Source: Candidatus Hermodarchaeota archaeon (GTDB lineage: Archaea > Asgardarchaeota > Thorarchaeia > Thorarchaeales > Thorarchaeaceae). Taken from it: a stretch of DNA of 64,000 nt. A program made the translations under genes and the position numbers. This document shows, piece after piece, positions 28,384 to 39,273 of the stretch. Under the pieces are notes generated by a model, which was not told the DNA's origin, ran no database searches, and was given only the letters and a program-made list of their open reading frames with translations. Each line of letters starts with the position of its first letter. The first letter of the stretch is position 1. The DNA lies in the NCBI GenBank assembly GCA_048885865.1, contig JBHLLF010000012.1, positions 274-64,273 on the forward strand. The letters are read 5' to 3'.

Positions 28384-29577
28384 ATGACGCGTGACTATGT
28401 GGAAGACGAACTGAGTCGACAGAGTGTATTCAAGTCGGAGCAATTGCTGTCCATCGACTATGTTCCAGAAACTCTCCCACATAGAGAGTCTGAGTTGAGG
28501 AAGCTTGCCCAGAGTTTCAAGACACTAATTGCCTCTCCAGGTCGCGCAAGTCAGAAGTTTATTATCGAGGGTCCAGTGGGCACCGGAAAGACAGCTGTGA
28601 CTAAGCGCTTTGCAGAGCAAATGGTTAAAGCAGCTGCCCGCCGTGGCATACAACTGCACAAACTGCACATAAACTGCAGAGTGAGTAAGAGTACCTATCT
28701 TGTGTATTTGCGGGTGTTGAGGGAGTTTAAACCAAGATTTCCCCGACGAGGCCATTCACCTGAAGAAATTCTGCAGATGGTTGTGGAAGTACTTGATGAA
28801 GAAGATAGATACCTTCTATTGATACTTGATGAGCTCGACTATTTCATTAGACAACGAGGAGCAGACATTCTCTACGATTTGACTAGGCTGATGGATGACA
28901 GGTTGAATGCCCCTCAGCGTTTGTCTGTAATTGGAGTGGGGAGGAAGATACCCCTTGATGAGAGCATCTTGGATCAAAGCACGTTGAGCACACTTCAAAG
29001 AAACATACTTCGTTTTGATCAATATGCATCTAGCGCCCTATATGATATTCTAAAGGAACGAGCAGATATGGCATTTGAGAAGGATGTCGTTATGGATGAA
29101 ACACTGCAGCTTATCTGCGACATTGCCTCAGAACGTGGAGATGCTCGTTATGCAATCGAGCTACTGTGGCGTGCAGGAAAACAAGCCGATAGTGCAGATT
29201 CCCGAAAGGTGATTCCTGATTATGCTCGCAAGGCCAAGGCAGACACACATCCCGAGTTGAGGAAAGAGGTGTTCGCAACTATCCCACGACAGAATATACT
29301 TCTTCTCCTAGCAGCTGCAAGACAGCTCAAGGTGAATCGAGGCGCCTATATCACAATGGGTGAGCTCGAAGAGATGTATCGCCCGATATGCGAGGAGTAT
29401 GGCGAAGAGCCAAGAGCGCACACCCAGATCTGGGAATGGGTACAGGATCTACATGCGCATGGTCTTCTGGACACAAAACGTTCAGGTACTGGCCAGAGAG
29501 GCCAGACAACCCTGATAGGTCTCTCTGATGTACCAGCTGAGATGTTGGAACAACATCTGCTCGATCTACTTACCTGA
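28384..29577 (+). CDS. cdc6: Orc1/Cdc6 replication initiator
   Basis: YVPETLPHRE, GPVGTGKT, LDELD, GDAR and C-terminal wH with G.RGQT. Confidence 0.95.
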   Translation: MTRDYVEDELSRQSVFKSEQLLSIDYVPETLPHRESELRKLAQSFKTLIASPGRASQKFIIEGPVGTGKTAVTKRFAEQMVKAAARRGIQLHKLHINCRVSKSTYLVYLRVLREFKPRFPRRGHSPEEILQMVVEVLDEEDRYLLLILDELDYFIRQRGADILYDLTRLMDDRLNAPQRLSVIGVGRKIPLDESILDQSTLSTLQRNILRFDQYASSALYDILKERADMAFEKDVVMDETLQLICDIASERGDARYAIELLWRAGKQADSADSRKVIPDYARKAKADTHPELRKEVFATIPRQNILLLLAAARQLKVNRGAYITMGELEEMYRPICEEYGEEPRAHTQIWEWVQDLHAHGLLDTKRSGTGQRGQTTLIGLSDVPAEMLEQHLLDLLT

Positions 29578-29588
29578 AGGGGGGTTTC

Positions 29589-29882
29589 ATGATTTCTACT
29601 AATACTGATGACGGATTTCGAGTACCAATAGAGGAACTATTCTCTTCAAGAGGGAGAATCAAGATAATAAAAGAACTAGCCACCTCCAGCGAGCTGAATA
29701 TATCCGAACTCTGCCGGAGAGTTTCCTTGAATCATAGCTCGACCAAATCGCATCTCGAGGTACTTATCAAATCAGGTCTAGTCGAGGAAAAGATGTTTGG
29801 GAGAATCAAAATCTACCGCTATCGGATAGAGGACCACAGGGCACGAGCCTTACGCAACCTGTTTGGACTATGGCAGTCATGA
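29589..29882 (+). CDS. ArsR-type winged-helix regulator
   Basis: RIKIIKEL..ELNISEL..HLEVL..SGLVEE pattern. Confidence 0.8.
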   Translation: MISTNTDDGFRVPIEELFSSRGRIKIIKELATSSELNISELCRRVSLNHSSTKSHLEVLIKSGLVEEKMFGRIKIYRYRIEDHRARALRNLFGLWQS

Positions 29883-29898
29883 CTAAGAGGTCTGCTAA

Positions 29899-30738
29899 TT
29901 GCACTCCTATATTGCACGTCTCTTCTATCTTGGAGATGCCTATCATGGGTCTCAATTTCAGCCGAATCTCAAAACCATACAGGGTGAACTCATTGATGCG
30001 TTGAATCGTTGGGACTCGGGGAGTAAAGACGGCTATACTACTCAGACGGTCCAACTCTCGGGTCGTACCGACCGAGGAGTGCATAGCATAGGTCAAATTG
30101 TTATGATAAACGGGGAAAGGAAGCTGGAGATAGATAAAGTAAACAGATACCTACCGCCTGATATTGCATTGTGGGCATATGCCATAGCTCCACCCAATTT
30201 CAATCCTCGATATGATGTGCTTATGAGACATTATAGATACTATCTTGATACAAATCCGTCTGATGTGAATCTCCAAGCGATGAGAACTGCCATACAGCTA
30301 TTATCCGGAACCCGTGATTTCTCTCATCTCTCCAAGCCAGATGGTGACAGACCAACTACAACCACGATTATCAATGCAAGTCTCCTGAAATCGGATGACA
30401 GCATTACTCTGGATATCTTTGGCACCAACTTCCTTTGGAAGCTAATCAGAAAGACAGTATCACTGCTTGAACAGATTGGAGCTGGCACTATGGACATTCA
30501 GACCTATTCAGATCATCTCAATGGCCATAACATGATTCCAGGAGGTATTGAGCCTGCTCCACCAGAATGCTTGGTACTAGTGGAAACAGCGATACCAATT
30601 CGCATGACCACTAGTAAGTATGCAATTTCAAGGGTGCGGAAGGAGTTGAGAGTCCATTTGAACTATCTCAAAAGATCCAGACGTACACTAAGTGCAATTA
30701 GTGATGACTTCATCTTTCATCAAAGAAACCCTTCTTGA
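29899..30738 (+). CDS. truA: tRNA pseudouridine(38-40) synthase
   Basis: YHGSQFQP, SGRTDRGVHS and FLWKLIR motifs. Confidence 0.92.
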   Translation: MHSYIARLFYLGDAYHGSQFQPNLKTIQGELIDALNRWDSGSKDGYTTQTVQLSGRTDRGVHSIGQIVMINGERKLEIDKVNRYLPPDIALWAYAIAPPNFNPRYDVLMRHYRYYLDTNPSDVNLQAMRTAIQLLSGTRDFSHLSKPDGDRPTTTTIINASLLKSDDSITLDIFGTNFLWKLIRKTVSLLEQIGAGTMDIQTYSDHLNGHNMIPGGIEPAPPECLVLVETAIPIRMTTSKYAISRVRKELRVHLNYLKRSRRTLSAISDDFIFHQRNPS

Positions 30739-31918
30739 CCTCTAGCCAATCCGAGAAGACTCCTTTCAATCGAGGATTCCTTCTGACCATCTCCAATATT
30801 GCATTCCTATAAACAGGTGCTGTTCTCCTTCCAGAGATTGAAGCGATTCTAGAGAGTTTTAAGAAAAGGTCTGATTCCTTGTCTCGTTTTCTATTCCCCC
30901 GCCAAACCAACATTGGCCAAGCTGGCTGAGAATACTCAACATTCCTATATGGCGTCACTTTTCTGCTTGTCGAAATTCCAACCGCCAAGAAGTCATACAC
31001 ATAGGCCAGCAGTTTCCAGTTTTGCCGCCTCCAAATTCGTCCAAGTGATAAATCAGCAAGGGAGAGAAATTCAAAACCTTGGTCTAGTTCTTCCGGAGTC
31101 GTGAGGTGAAGATGTACATTCTCCTCAAGCCAAAGAAGCAGTTGATTGTGGTCCATATCCAATTCTGAAACAACACGTTTGGCAGATTCTGGGTCTGTAG
31201 TCATAAACAGCCGTCCAAAGGCTTCTCTAACCTCACGACGTACATCACGTGATGGCAGTCCCACATCAGATGTGCGTCCGCTTACAGAAAGTGTTTCAAG
31301 ATCTGATATTGCAGCTCGAAGATCGCCCCCAGCCCTATCAACAATTCCCTCTAACACGTCGTCAGAGAACACAGATTCATGTGCAGCTGCAATTTCTCTG
31401 ATGACAGTTACCATATCACTTTGTTCAATTGGGTCGAACATGAACACCTTGCAGACCTTCACCAAATCCTTGAGGCGTAAGCTGTTTGGATCATTTGCTG
31501 TCATTATAATGGGATGGACTGTGTCTTCAACGATTTTCAGAATCGCACCCACCCCTCCTCGATCACTAGTCCCGGAGAGCCCGTCTACCTCGTCTAGGAG
31601 AAGAAGACGAAGTCTACCGTCCAGAGTCTGTTGCGTTGCCGCTTTCCATACTTGATTTTCGATAGTACCCTTGTTTCGCTTATCGCTTGAATTGAACTCT
31701 ACCAGTTCTAGGTCGTAGTCATGAGAGAGCGCACCAACAGAAGCAGTCTTTCCCACACCCGGAGGGCCAATCAATAATGCCGCTTTCTTACTAGGCAATC
31801 CGTCAATCCAAGACTGGATCCACTTCTTCAGCTCTCTTATCGTATCGACGTTGCCAGCTACCTGCTTGAGACTTGTAGGTCGGTGGAGTTCTGGCCAAGG
31901 CAGGTTTCTGTGTTTCAT
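30710..31918 (-). CDS. rfcL: Replication factor C large subunit
   Basis: GPPGVGKT, NSSDKR, LDEVDG and GDLRAAI motifs. Confidence 0.92.
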   Translation of the reverse strand: MKHRNLPWPELHRPTSLKQVAGNVDTIRELKKWIQSWIDGLPSKKAALLIGPPGVGKTASVGALSHDYDLELVEFNSSDKRNKGTIENQVWKAATQQTLDGRLRLLLLDEVDGLSGTSDRGGVGAILKIVEDTVHPIIMTANDPNSLRLKDLVKVCKVFMFDPIEQSDMVTVIREIAAAHESVFSDDVLEGIVDRAGGDLRAAISDLETLSVSGRTSDVGLPSRDVRREVREAFGRLFMTTDPESAKRVVSELDMDHNQLLLWLEENVHLHLTTPEELDQGFEFLSLADLSLGRIWRRQNWKLLAYVYDFLAVGISTSRKVTPYRNVEYSQPAWPMLVWRGNRKRDKESDLFLKLSRIASISGRRTAPVYRNAILEMVRRNPRLKGVFSDWLEVKKGFFDER

Positions 31919-32871
31919 GATTTACCCCGTTCCAGTCCTATATGCGCTAATAGTGCACTCAGCTGGACTTCTCCACTTGCTCCCTCTCCTATCCGAAACT
32001 CGACTTCTGCAGCCCTCTCAAGAATCAGCATCTTTTGATCCTCTGCCATGTCCAGCTTTAACACTTCTCTATGCAGTTGTCTTGCCAAATCTACGGGGGA
32101 CACTCCCTGCTGGTAGATGAGTACTCTAAGTTTCTCTAGAGAGTCCTCATAGTTCGCATCAGCTGAGTCCAGCATCTCCCTAATCGCCTTGGGGTTTGCT
32201 CTTCCCGCTATTGAGTAGACTATTGTATCATCCACCTTTTCTCCTGCAGATGCAGATGCTTGAAGAAGGTTGATAGCAGCCCGCATGTCCCCTTCTGCGA
32301 GATAGAGTATAGCCTTGGTCCCACTTACGTTGACAGAAACTTTCTCCTTTTTCGCAATGAATTTGAGCCTCTCAGCCATTGAGTCATCATTTAATCGGGC
32401 AAATCTGAATATCGCACATCTGGATTGAATTGGTGGAATAATCCTGCTCGAATAGTTGCATATCAATATCATTCTGCACGAGCTCGCATACGATTCCATC
32501 GTCCGTCTTAATGCATGTTGAGCGTCAGCAGTAAGATGGTCTGCCTCATCTAGGACCAGAATCTTGAAGGGTGCATCTCCCGCTGGCATGGTCCTGGCGA
32601 AGTTCTTTATCTGATTCCTGACGACATCAATACCTCTCTCATCACTTGCATTTAGTTCCATGAAGTTACGATCAAAGGTGTCGTCAAAGAGATCTCTTGC
32701 CATCGCCATTGCAGCGGTAGTCTTGCTTGTGCCTGGCGGTCCGCTGAATAGACAATGCGGTACATTCCTGTTCTCCACGAATTTGGTTAGGCTCTCAATA
32801 ATCGATTCTTGTCCAATAATCTCCCCGAGAGTGGGAGGGCGATATTTCTCTGTCCAGAGGTCCAAGTCCAT
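31915..32871 (-). CDS. rfcS: Replication factor C small subunit
   Basis: WTEKYRP, ELNASDERG, LDEAD and SRC motifs; start MDLDLW at 32871. Confidence 0.95.
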   Translation of the reverse strand: MDLDLWTEKYRPPTLGEIIGQESIIESLTKFVENRNVPHCLFSGPPGTSKTTAAMAMARDLFDDTFDRNFMELNASDERGIDVVRNQIKNFARTMPAGDAPFKILVLDEADHLTADAQHALRRTMESYASSCRMILICNYSSRIIPPIQSRCAIFRFARLNDDSMAERLKFIAKKEKVSVNVSGTKAILYLAEGDMRAAINLLQASASAGEKVDDTIVYSIAGRANPKAIREMLDSADANYEDSLEKLRVLIYQQGVSPVDLARQLHREVLKLDMAEDQKMLILERAAEVEFRIGEGASGEVQLSALLAHIGLERGKS

Positions 32872-33065
32872 TTGATTCCCATCCAGTCGTAGGCTGCGGT
32901 GACAATCTTCTGCTGTTCTTAAAAGCTTCTCCGGAAGCATCAGTCAATTGGAAACAGAAGTCTAACTCATTAGACAATACCCCTGTCAGACTAAAAGGAG
33001 CACCATTATTCATGCTTTAGCACAAGTTCTTATGGTACGCCAATCAATCGAAAATTGTGTGCACA

Positions 33066-33659
33066 ATGAGTTCTCAACGCGACTCCAAGACTGTGAGAGA
33101 CCGATTTGCAATGCAGTTTCTAAACGAAACCCGTAGGTGTTTCTTTCGTGAGGATGTGCCAGAGATCACGATAGGAGGAGAAAAACTAGGTCCTTTCAAA
33201 GCCGAAACTGCGGCGCAACTTCCGAATTGGGCAATCGAGAAGCTCACTGTCTATGATTTTGTTGACTTGGATGTCAGTGATACGTATGATTCTTTTCGGT
33301 CCTTTCAAAACCTGTATAATACAGAGAGAGAGGACCCCAAATTACAGAGTCTTTATGATAAAAAGAATGAGCGGCCCAAATTGCTTTATTCTGCTCTCAT
33401 TCGAAAGATGAGCCAGCTACAAAGTGACAAGACCTCAATGGAACCGCGTCGTTATGCTGATATTAAGAAGATGAGCACAATGCTCAGAATTCTGACCGAA
33501 ACTCGTTTGTCTAAACTAATACGCGCTGCAAAACCCGAGTCTGGCGTAAGTCAAGATAACCGGAAGAGAATGTCGCGAGAAGAAAGGTGGCTCGCAGATG
33601 AACTCTACTCTCTACTCTCTGCTTGGCGCGAAATGGTGAGAGAAAAGACCATAGTCTGA
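33066..33659 (+). CDS. GINS subunit (Gins23/Psf2-3-like)
   Basis: N-terminal B-domain (GPFK..LP.W) followed by helical A-domain (RLSKL..EE..L); directly upstream of mcm. Confidence 0.7.
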   Translation: MSSQRDSKTVRDRFAMQFLNETRRCFFREDVPEITIGGEKLGPFKAETAAQLPNWAIEKLTVYDFVDLDVSDTYDSFRSFQNLYNTEREDPKLQSLYDKKNERPKLLYSALIRKMSQLQSDKTSMEPRRYADIKKMSTMLRILTETRLSKLIRAAKPESGVSQDNRKRMSREERWLADELYSLLSAWREMVREKTIV

Positions 33660-33798
33660 AGAACGTCCAACAGCTCTGACAGAGTTAAAAGGCAAGCTCA
33701 CAACTAACGAGAACGGGTTTTAATATCTGACCCCTACAGACACAGTGTGAGAGTCGTGTGACATCACTAGGACTACATCTGGAGTGTTCTGACTAATC

Positions 33799-35874
33799 AT
33801 GACAACAGAAATGGAGACCGAAGAGAGAAGATTCGAGGAATTCATTCGCACTTTCAAAGATGAACATGGCAATCCAGTCTACTGGTCTAAAGTACAAGAG
33901 ATGTCCGTTGACGGTGAAACTTCATTAGTCATAGACTTTGAAGATCTTATCAGCTTTGATAATGAATTTACAGCAGATGCCACAGAAGATCCTCAGTCAT
34001 TTCTCAAGAACGCTCACAATGCATTGGTTACTATCCTTAGAATCGAAGATCCAAAGTATGTTGAAGCAATTGGGCATGACGCATTAAATGTCCGCATCAT
34101 TAACTATACTGATACTGTTCCTCTTAGATACATACGGGCGCGTCACATCGGGAAGCTAATCCGTATCAAGGGTATCATGATGCGTGCAAGCGAAGTCAAG
34201 CCATTATTGGTCAATGCCACATTCGAATGCAGAATTTGTGGTGATGAAATTCCTCAAGAACAAGAGGAAGGTCGCTACACCGAACCCGCATTTTGTACTA
34301 GCTGCGGGAAAAAGACCCCTATGAAGCTGTTACTTGGGCAAGGAAAATCACGGTTCATAGACTGGCAGAAGGTTCGAATACAGGAATCACCTGAGGAGCT
34401 TCCTCCAGGACAAATGCCACGGTCCGTCGATGCAGTGCTCAAGGGTGACATAGTGGACATCTCAAGACCTGGGGACATGGTCAATGTGACAGGAATGCTC
34501 CAAACCGCACCTGACTTCTCTAGGAGGGGCGGGAAGCTAGCCACCTTTAGAGTGTTTATCGAAGCCAATGGAGTAGAAGTTGCAGAGAAGGAATATGAGC
34601 TTGATATTTCCCCTGAAGACAGGGAAGAGATACTCGCACTGTCTGAGAATCCATATATTCATGAGAAGATTTACAGATCAATTGCACCTGCAATCCAAGG
34701 GCATGACGACATCAAGAAATCAATCTCACTTCTTCTATTCGGTGGAGTCGAGAAGATTTTCGAAGATGAAGGAATTCGGCTAAGGGGACGGTCAAACATT
34801 CTACTAGTTGGTGATCCCGGGACTGGAAAAAGCCAGATCTTGAAGTATGTGGCAGATCTTGGCTCCAGAGCCCTGTACACATCAGGAAAGGGTACCACTG
34901 CTGCAGGTCTGACAGCAGCTGTTGTTCATGATACTGACAGCGGAGCTATGACACTTGAAGCTGGAGCGTTGGTTCTGGCAGACAAAGGAATTGCATGCAT
35001 AGATGAGTTTGACAAAATGGATCCAAATGATCGAACAGCAATACACGAAGCAATGGAACAACATACTGTGAGCATAGCAAAGGCTGGCATTGTTGCGACA
35101 TTGAATGCACGCACTTCCATTCTAGCCGCGGCGAATCCCTCACTTGGCCGATATAACATTTCATGGACTCCACAAGAAAACATCAAGCTACCCTTCACAA
35201 TTCTGTCCAGATTTGATTTAATCTGGGTCATGATTGACACTCCTGATGAAGAGCGCGACAAAGACCTAGCAGGATTCATTCTAGATTTACATCAGGGGAA
35301 ACCGAGGAAGGTAAGAGATGAAACAGCCCCAATCCCGAAGAAGCTCTTGAAGAAGTATATTGCATTTGCGCACCGCGAGTTCGAGCCTAAACTGACCCCT
35401 GAGGCTGCTGAGGCAATAAAGGACTTCTATGTGGGTCTTCGAAAAAAGGCTCAAGAAGAAGATGCCCCTATACCTATCACTGCCCGGCAGCTGGAGTCAT
35501 TAGTACGTCTTGCAGAAGCTCGAGCAAGAATGGCACTAAAGCGCGAAGTCAGCAGAGAGGACGGGCTAGCGGCTGTTGACCTTATGAAGGCATCAATGCA
35601 AATGGTGTTTTATGATGTTGAAACTGGTGAATTTGACGCAGACCGGATTTATGCAGAAGAGTCTTCGAGTCAGAGACAAATTAGAACTGCAATTATCGAA
35701 ACCCTCAAGGAAATGGAAGACGACGGTGTGAATAGCGAGGTTGAGCTTTTGCAGAGACTAGAGATCAAGAAGATTTCAAGAGAAAGAGCTGGGCCGGTCA
35801 TAGAGAAGCTTCTACTAGAGGGTACTGCATATAGGCCTAAAGGCGAGGGTACCATACGACTGCCGCCAAAGTAA
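33799..35874 (+). CDS. mcm: MCM replicative helicase
   Basis: C4 Zn finger, GDPGTGKS, IDEFDKM, SRFD, ITARQLE; no intein. Confidence 0.97.
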   Translation: MTTEMETEERRFEEFIRTFKDEHGNPVYWSKVQEMSVDGETSLVIDFEDLISFDNEFTADATEDPQSFLKNAHNALVTILRIEDPKYVEAIGHDALNVRIINYTDTVPLRYIRARHIGKLIRIKGIMMRASEVKPLLVNATFECRICGDEIPQEQEEGRYTEPAFCTSCGKKTPMKLLLGQGKSRFIDWQKVRIQESPEELPPGQMPRSVDAVLKGDIVDISRPGDMVNVTGMLQTAPDFSRRGGKLATFRVFIEANGVEVAEKEYELDISPEDREEILALSENPYIHEKIYRSIAPAIQGHDDIKKSISLLLFGGVEKIFEDEGIRLRGRSNILLVGDPGTGKSQILKYVADLGSRALYTSGKGTTAAGLTAAVVHDTDSGAMTLEAGALVLADKGIACIDEFDKMDPNDRTAIHEAMEQHTVSIAKAGIVATLNARTSILAAANPSLGRYNISWTPQENIKLPFTILSRFDLIWVMIDTPDEERDKDLAGFILDLHQGKPRKVRDETAPIPKKLLKKYIAFAHREFEPKLTPEAAEAIKDFYVGLRKKAQEEDAPIPITARQLESLVRLAEARARMALKREVSREDGLAAVDLMKASMQMVFYDVETGEFDADRIYAEESSSQRQIRTAIIETLKEMEDDGVNSEVELLQRLEIKKISRERAGPVIEKLLLEGTAYRPKGEGTIRLPPK

Positions 35875-35894
35875 CAGGCAGCTTTACACTGGAG

Positions 35895-38147
35895 ATGACC
35901 ACAACGCAGCTTGAGAGCTTGTCCGTAAATAAGAAGGTCATCAATCTGCTTCGGGATACTGGAATACTCACACTCTTTCCCCCTCAGATATCTGCCTTTG
36001 AAACAGGAGTGCTGGATGGCAACAATCTAGTTCTGGCAGTTCCCACAAGTTCTGGCAAGACGCTAGTGGCAGAGATATCCATGCTCAAGTGTATTCTAGA
36101 TGGACGCGGCAAAGCATTGTATCTTGTTCCGCTACGGTCTCTTGCAAGAGAGAAGTATTCAGAATTCAAGAAATACGAATCACTAGGAATCACAGTCGCG
36201 ATGTCTATAGGGGACTATGACTCGCCGGGCACCCGTCTAAGAGAGGCAGATATAGTTGTATTGACGACAGAACGAGCTGACTCGTTAGTGCGCCATAGAA
36301 CACAATGGCTTGAAGAAGTAGGAATCTTGGTGGTAGATGAGGTCCATCTAGTGAATGACCCACAACGGGGTCCTACACTGGAAATGGTCATTGCCAAGAT
36401 GATGCAGAGTCTTCCAGATGTGCAGATTTTAGCATTGAGTGCCACCATCTCAAATTCTGAGAGAATTGCAGAGTGGCTGAGTGCAGATCTTGTCACAAGT
36501 TCGTGGAGACCGGTGCCATTGAAAGAAGGCGTCTACTTTGACAATAGAATCGCATTCATTCTTGAAGGAGAAACAAAGTCTATCCCCCGAAAGCGGTCGG
36601 AGATAATCGGTGACGTGGTCTGCGATATCTTGGATGAGAAGGGTCAGGCTCTTGTGTTTGTATCAAGTAGAAGGTCAACTGTTGCAGTAGCCAAGAAACT
36701 TGCATCATCTGTGCGTCCTTATGTCAATACAGATGCGCATGAACGTCTAGCGAAAGCAGCTATGAAGCTGTCTGCAAGACCCTCAGCTCCTGAAGCAACG
36801 AAAACCCTAGCAAGAGTCATCGTTTCAGGAGTGGCATTTCACCATGCTGGACTTGATAACAATGAACGTACACTGGTTGAAGACTTCTTCAAAGACGATT
36901 TGCTAAAGGCTGTAATAGCAACTCCAACCTTGGCAGCTGGTGTGAATCTTCCAGCTAGACGAGTCATCATCCGTGATTATCGACGCTTTGAACAAGGACG
37001 AGGAAGCTATACTATTCCAGTCCTCGAGTACAAACAGATGGCCGGAAGGGCTGGCCGTCCAAAATACGACAGGTATGGAGAGGCAATACTCATTGCCAAA
37101 TCCGAGCAAGAACGTGACGCACTAACGGACGAGTATGTATTAGCCCAACCAGAGAGAATCACATCCAAGCTCGCATCTCCTTCTGCTCTCCGTTCCCACC
37201 TACTTTCCACCATTGCTACAGAGATGACACGAGATAGAGAGGAAGTTGACTCATTGATTAGAGGAACGTTCTTCTCTTGCCAGTTTGACCCGTTAGAGAT
37301 TCAGCATCATGTTTCGTCAGCTCTGATATTCCTTGAAGAGGGCCAACTGATTAGCACCGAATCTGGATCATACTCCGCAACCCCATTGGGCAAGAGAGCA
37401 TCCAGACTATACATCGATCCCTACACTGCTATACTACTCCGCGATGCACTGACTGAAGCCGAAGAGGTTTCACTTATCGGTGCACTCCATCTCATATGCC
37501 ATACTCCAGACCAGCAGACCACCTATCTTACCAAATCGGACTTTGATGAGTACGATTACTTTGTTGAAAGAAACAAGGATGACTTCCTGATTGAACCCCC
37601 AATAGATGAGTTTGATGACTACGGGGAGTTTCTTGCAGAGGTAAAGACCGCAAGACTACTGGAAGAATGGATCTCTGAAAGTTCGGAGCGTGAAATCACT
37701 GAAGGATTCAATGTGGGTATGGGTGATGTTCATAGGTATGTTCAGACAGCAGAATGGTTGGCCTATTCAGCATCAGAGATTGCTAGAGTAATCAATACCA
37801 CACAGCACATCCCGTTCTTCTACAATCTTCGGGCTCGTCTAAAATATGGAGTGCACAGAGAACTGCTGGATATTGTGAAACTTAGAGGAATCGGTCGCAT
37901 AAGAGGAAGGATGCTTTATAGCAATGGTTTGAAGAATCAGTCTAATCTCTATCATGCATCCATTGAGCAAATCGCCCGTGTACCGACCATTGGCACTTCG
38001 TTGGCCAAATCAATAAAACGACAGCTCGGGGTGGATATTCCGATGACTGAGGACGAGACTGCCTCTCTTATCGAGTCTGCTGATGATGACGAGGACCCAT
38101 TTTCGATTCAGACTCTTCTTGAAGACTTTGAGATTGAGAATGACTAG
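35895..38147 (+). CDS. hel308: Ski2-like helicase Hel308
   Basis: PTSSGKT, DEVH, LSAT, QMAGRAGRP and C-terminal HhH. Confidence 0.93.
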   Translation: MTTTQLESLSVNKKVINLLRDTGILTLFPPQISAFETGVLDGNNLVLAVPTSSGKTLVAEISMLKCILDGRGKALYLVPLRSLAREKYSEFKKYESLGITVAMSIGDYDSPGTRLREADIVVLTTERADSLVRHRTQWLEEVGILVVDEVHLVNDPQRGPTLEMVIAKMMQSLPDVQILALSATISNSERIAEWLSADLVTSSWRPVPLKEGVYFDNRIAFILEGETKSIPRKRSEIIGDVVCDILDEKGQALVFVSSRRSTVAVAKKLASSVRPYVNTDAHERLAKAAMKLSARPSAPEATKTLARVIVSGVAFHHAGLDNNERTLVEDFFKDDLLKAVIATPTLAAGVNLPARRVIIRDYRRFEQGRGSYTIPVLEYKQMAGRAGRPKYDRYGEAILIAKSEQERDALTDEYVLAQPERITSKLASPSALRSHLLSTIATEMTRDREEVDSLIRGTFFSCQFDPLEIQHHVSSALIFLEEGQLISTESGSYSATPLGKRASRLYIDPYTAILLRDALTEAEEVSLIGALHLICHTPDQQTTYLTKSDFDEYDYFVERNKDDFLIEPPIDEFDDYGEFLAEVKTARLLEEWISESSEREITEGFNVGMGDVHRYVQTAEWLAYSASEIARVINTTQHIPFFYNLRARLKYGVHRELLDIVKLRGIGRIRGRMLYSNGLKNQSNLYHASIEQIARVPTIGTSLAKSIKRQLGVDIPMTEDETASLIESADDDEDPFSIQTLLEDFEIEND

Positions 38148-39199
38148 AAGTAAAAATCACTCAAGTTCTTTCTTAGCCTGTCAACAAGCTCTTCTGTATA
38201 CTTTGTACAGTTCTCACTCTCAGAATGTTCGTCTGTGTATGCTGTAACATCAGTGCCACATAGCTCCTCGATTATATTGCGTGAGCATTTCCCTACTATA
38301 TCGAGATCATAGCCCCCTTCGATGAAGAATGCGACTCTCCCTTCACAAATACTCTTTGCCATTGAGTTTAGTCGTGAGTTCATCATTGCCATTCCTGAGG
38401 TAGTTAGACCTAAGACAGTCAATGGGTCACTGAAGTGCCCATCAAACCCACATGAAACAAGCACAAACTCGGGTCTATATGACTCGCCAATCTTCTCCAC
38501 AATTTCCGTAAATGCGATGTCGTAGGACTTGTCACCAGCTCCTGGATACATCGCAAGATTCACGTTGTATCCTTTTCCTTCCCCCGAACCGATTTCATCC
38601 GGAAATCCTGAACCGGGGAAAAGCGTTCGCCCGTCTTGATGGAGCCCTATGTAAAGCACCTGGTTACTACTGTAAAACGTATTCTGGGTTCCATTTCCAT
38701 GGTGAGCATCATAGTCAACAATTAGCACTCTCTGGATGCCATGTTGTTGAAGAAGATGTTTTGCTGCGACCGCGACATTGTTGATGAAACAGAACCCAAA
38801 GGCTCTATCGTATTCTGCGTGATGTCCTGGTGGGCGGCACAATACGTACGCGTTGTCAGATTCACCTTGCATGATTCTGTCCATAGCTAATGTTCCAGCA
38901 CCAGCAGCCATCATGGCAGCTTCATAGGTGTATTCATTGACAGCTGTATCCAATGTGAAGTATCCACCACCCCTTTCGGACTTAGTCCTGACCAATTCGA
39001 TGTACTGTCTATCATGAATGGAATGGACCAATTCCAGATCAGCTGGCATGGCCTCTACGATTCTGACCTTGGACTCCTCAAGAAGACCGGTTTCTTTGAT
39101 ATGTTTCATAGCAGAAATCAATCTCTCAGGCCTTTCTGGGTGACTTGGTGATATCATATGCTTAGTGAACACTTCATGATAGAGCAGATCTGTGACCAT
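38144..39199 (-). CDS. Histone deacetylase family protein
   Basis: HPERPER, RPPGHH, DAHHGNGTQ and EGGY motifs. Confidence 0.93.
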   Translation of the reverse strand: MVTDLLYHEVFTKHMISPSHPERPERLISAMKHIKETGLLEESKVRIVEAMPADLELVHSIHDRQYIELVRTKSERGGGYFTLDTAVNEYTYEAAMMAAGAGTLAMDRIMQGESDNAYVLCRPPGHHAEYDRAFGFCFINNVAVAAKHLLQQHGIQRVLIVDYDAHHGNGTQNTFYSSNQVLYIGLHQDGRTLFPGSGFPDEIGSGEGKGYNVNLAMYPGAGDKSYDIAFTEIVEKIGESYRPEFVLVSCGFDGHFSDPLTVLGLTTSGMAMMNSRLNSMAKSICEGRVAFFIEGGYDLDIVGKCSRNIIEELCGTDVTAYTDEHSESENCTKYTEELVDRLRKNLSDFYF

Positions 39200-39273
39200 T
39201 ATTACATCCCAAGTCCTCCTTGGTTCAATTCCCTAAGATAAGTGTAGACCTCAGACCCAATGCAATCGAATCC

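Noticed and set aside
27823-28482. Short minus-strand ORFs over tRNA-Gly and the cdc6 upstream region
   Set aside because: They overlap the tRNA or neighbouring genes and have no protein-like motifs
31146-31655. 169-aa ORF and many other 60-150 aa ORFs inside annotated genes
   Set aside because: Antisense or alternate-frame shadows of well-supported genes
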